A program made the translations under genes and the position numbers. From contig OZ252021.1 in assembly GCA_965247685.1 (NCBI GenBank), forward strand, positions 210,001 through 242,000: a stretch of DNA of 32,000 nt, in the 5' to 3' direction. The notes under the pieces are model-generated. The model had not been told where the DNA came from. It searched no databases and saw nothing but the letters and a program-made list of their open reading frames with translations. Shown in pieces: positions 31,988 through 32,000 of this stretch. The DNA comes from Bdellovibrionales bacterium. Lineage in GTDB: Bacteria > Bdellovibrionota > Bdellovibrionia > Bdellovibrionales > UBA1609. Numbering within the stretch: the stretch's first letter is position 1; every line of letters begins with the position of its first letter.

Positions 31988-32000
31988 AGTTCTCCTTAAT

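Noticed and set aside
30769-31999. + strand ORFs opposite the SLT gene (30769-30960, 30899-31096, 31632-31826, 31670-31999) and the minus-strand ORF at 30991-31176.
   Set aside because: They overlap the frame carrying the SLT catalytic motifs. The two at 31632-31999 are open only because of the 84-nt repeat.
1-32000. Calling either accessory block a mobile element or prophage.
   Set aside because: I recognised no integrase, transposase, terminal inverted repeats or phage structural genes in any frame. Only the tRNA-fragment direct repeat hints at past integration.

Overview
AT-rich bacterial chromosomal segment (roughly one-third G+C by eye, not computed) with Gram-negative-type gene content. 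It falls into three blocks.

(1) nt 1-8921: a same-strand tandem array of seven ankyrin-repeat (ANK) genes. Six carry Sec-type signal peptides. They are built like cassettes: a shared 5' module (13-bp palindrome, -10-like hexamer, leader with a short upstream ORF, signal peptide), a variable number of ANK units, and a shared 3' module (C-terminal tail ...AVSG-NSC-Q-I-SI plus about 70 nt of 3' flank). The array abuts tRNA-Glu(UUC) and tRNA-Lys(UUU), and a 15-nt copy of the tRNA-Glu 3' end lies inside it.

(2) nt 9215-23851: ordinary housekeeping genes. These are purA, an orphan secreted protein, gor, epmA, dppCBA without ATPase genes, ung, an HPF-like protein, dapF, a ferredoxin-reductase-like flavoprotein, icd, dedA and tsaC/sua5.

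(3) nt 23841-32000: a second accessory block. It holds two paralogous signal-peptide proteins with near-identical ends and completely different 11-residue (hendecad) Lys/Glu/Ala-rich repeat cores. They sit in a tandem segmental duplication that left a truncated tsaC copy and a truncated copy of the neighbouring 273-aa membrane-protein gene. A small secreted protein, pyrC and an SLT-domain lytic transglycosylase without a signal peptide follow.

The most interesting signal is the inverted repeat TGTAA-N3-TTACA. It sits 21-23 nt upstream of a -10-like hexamer in front of six of the seven ANK genes (the seventh has its 5' end outside the window) and both hendecad-repeat genes, and also upstream of the 273-aa gene. 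I did not see it in front of any housekeeping gene. The ANK and hendecad genes additionally share the same leader and signal-peptide module. This looks like one co-regulated, recombining family of exported, probably host- or prey-directed, proteins. No integrase, transposase, CRISPR array or rRNA was seen.
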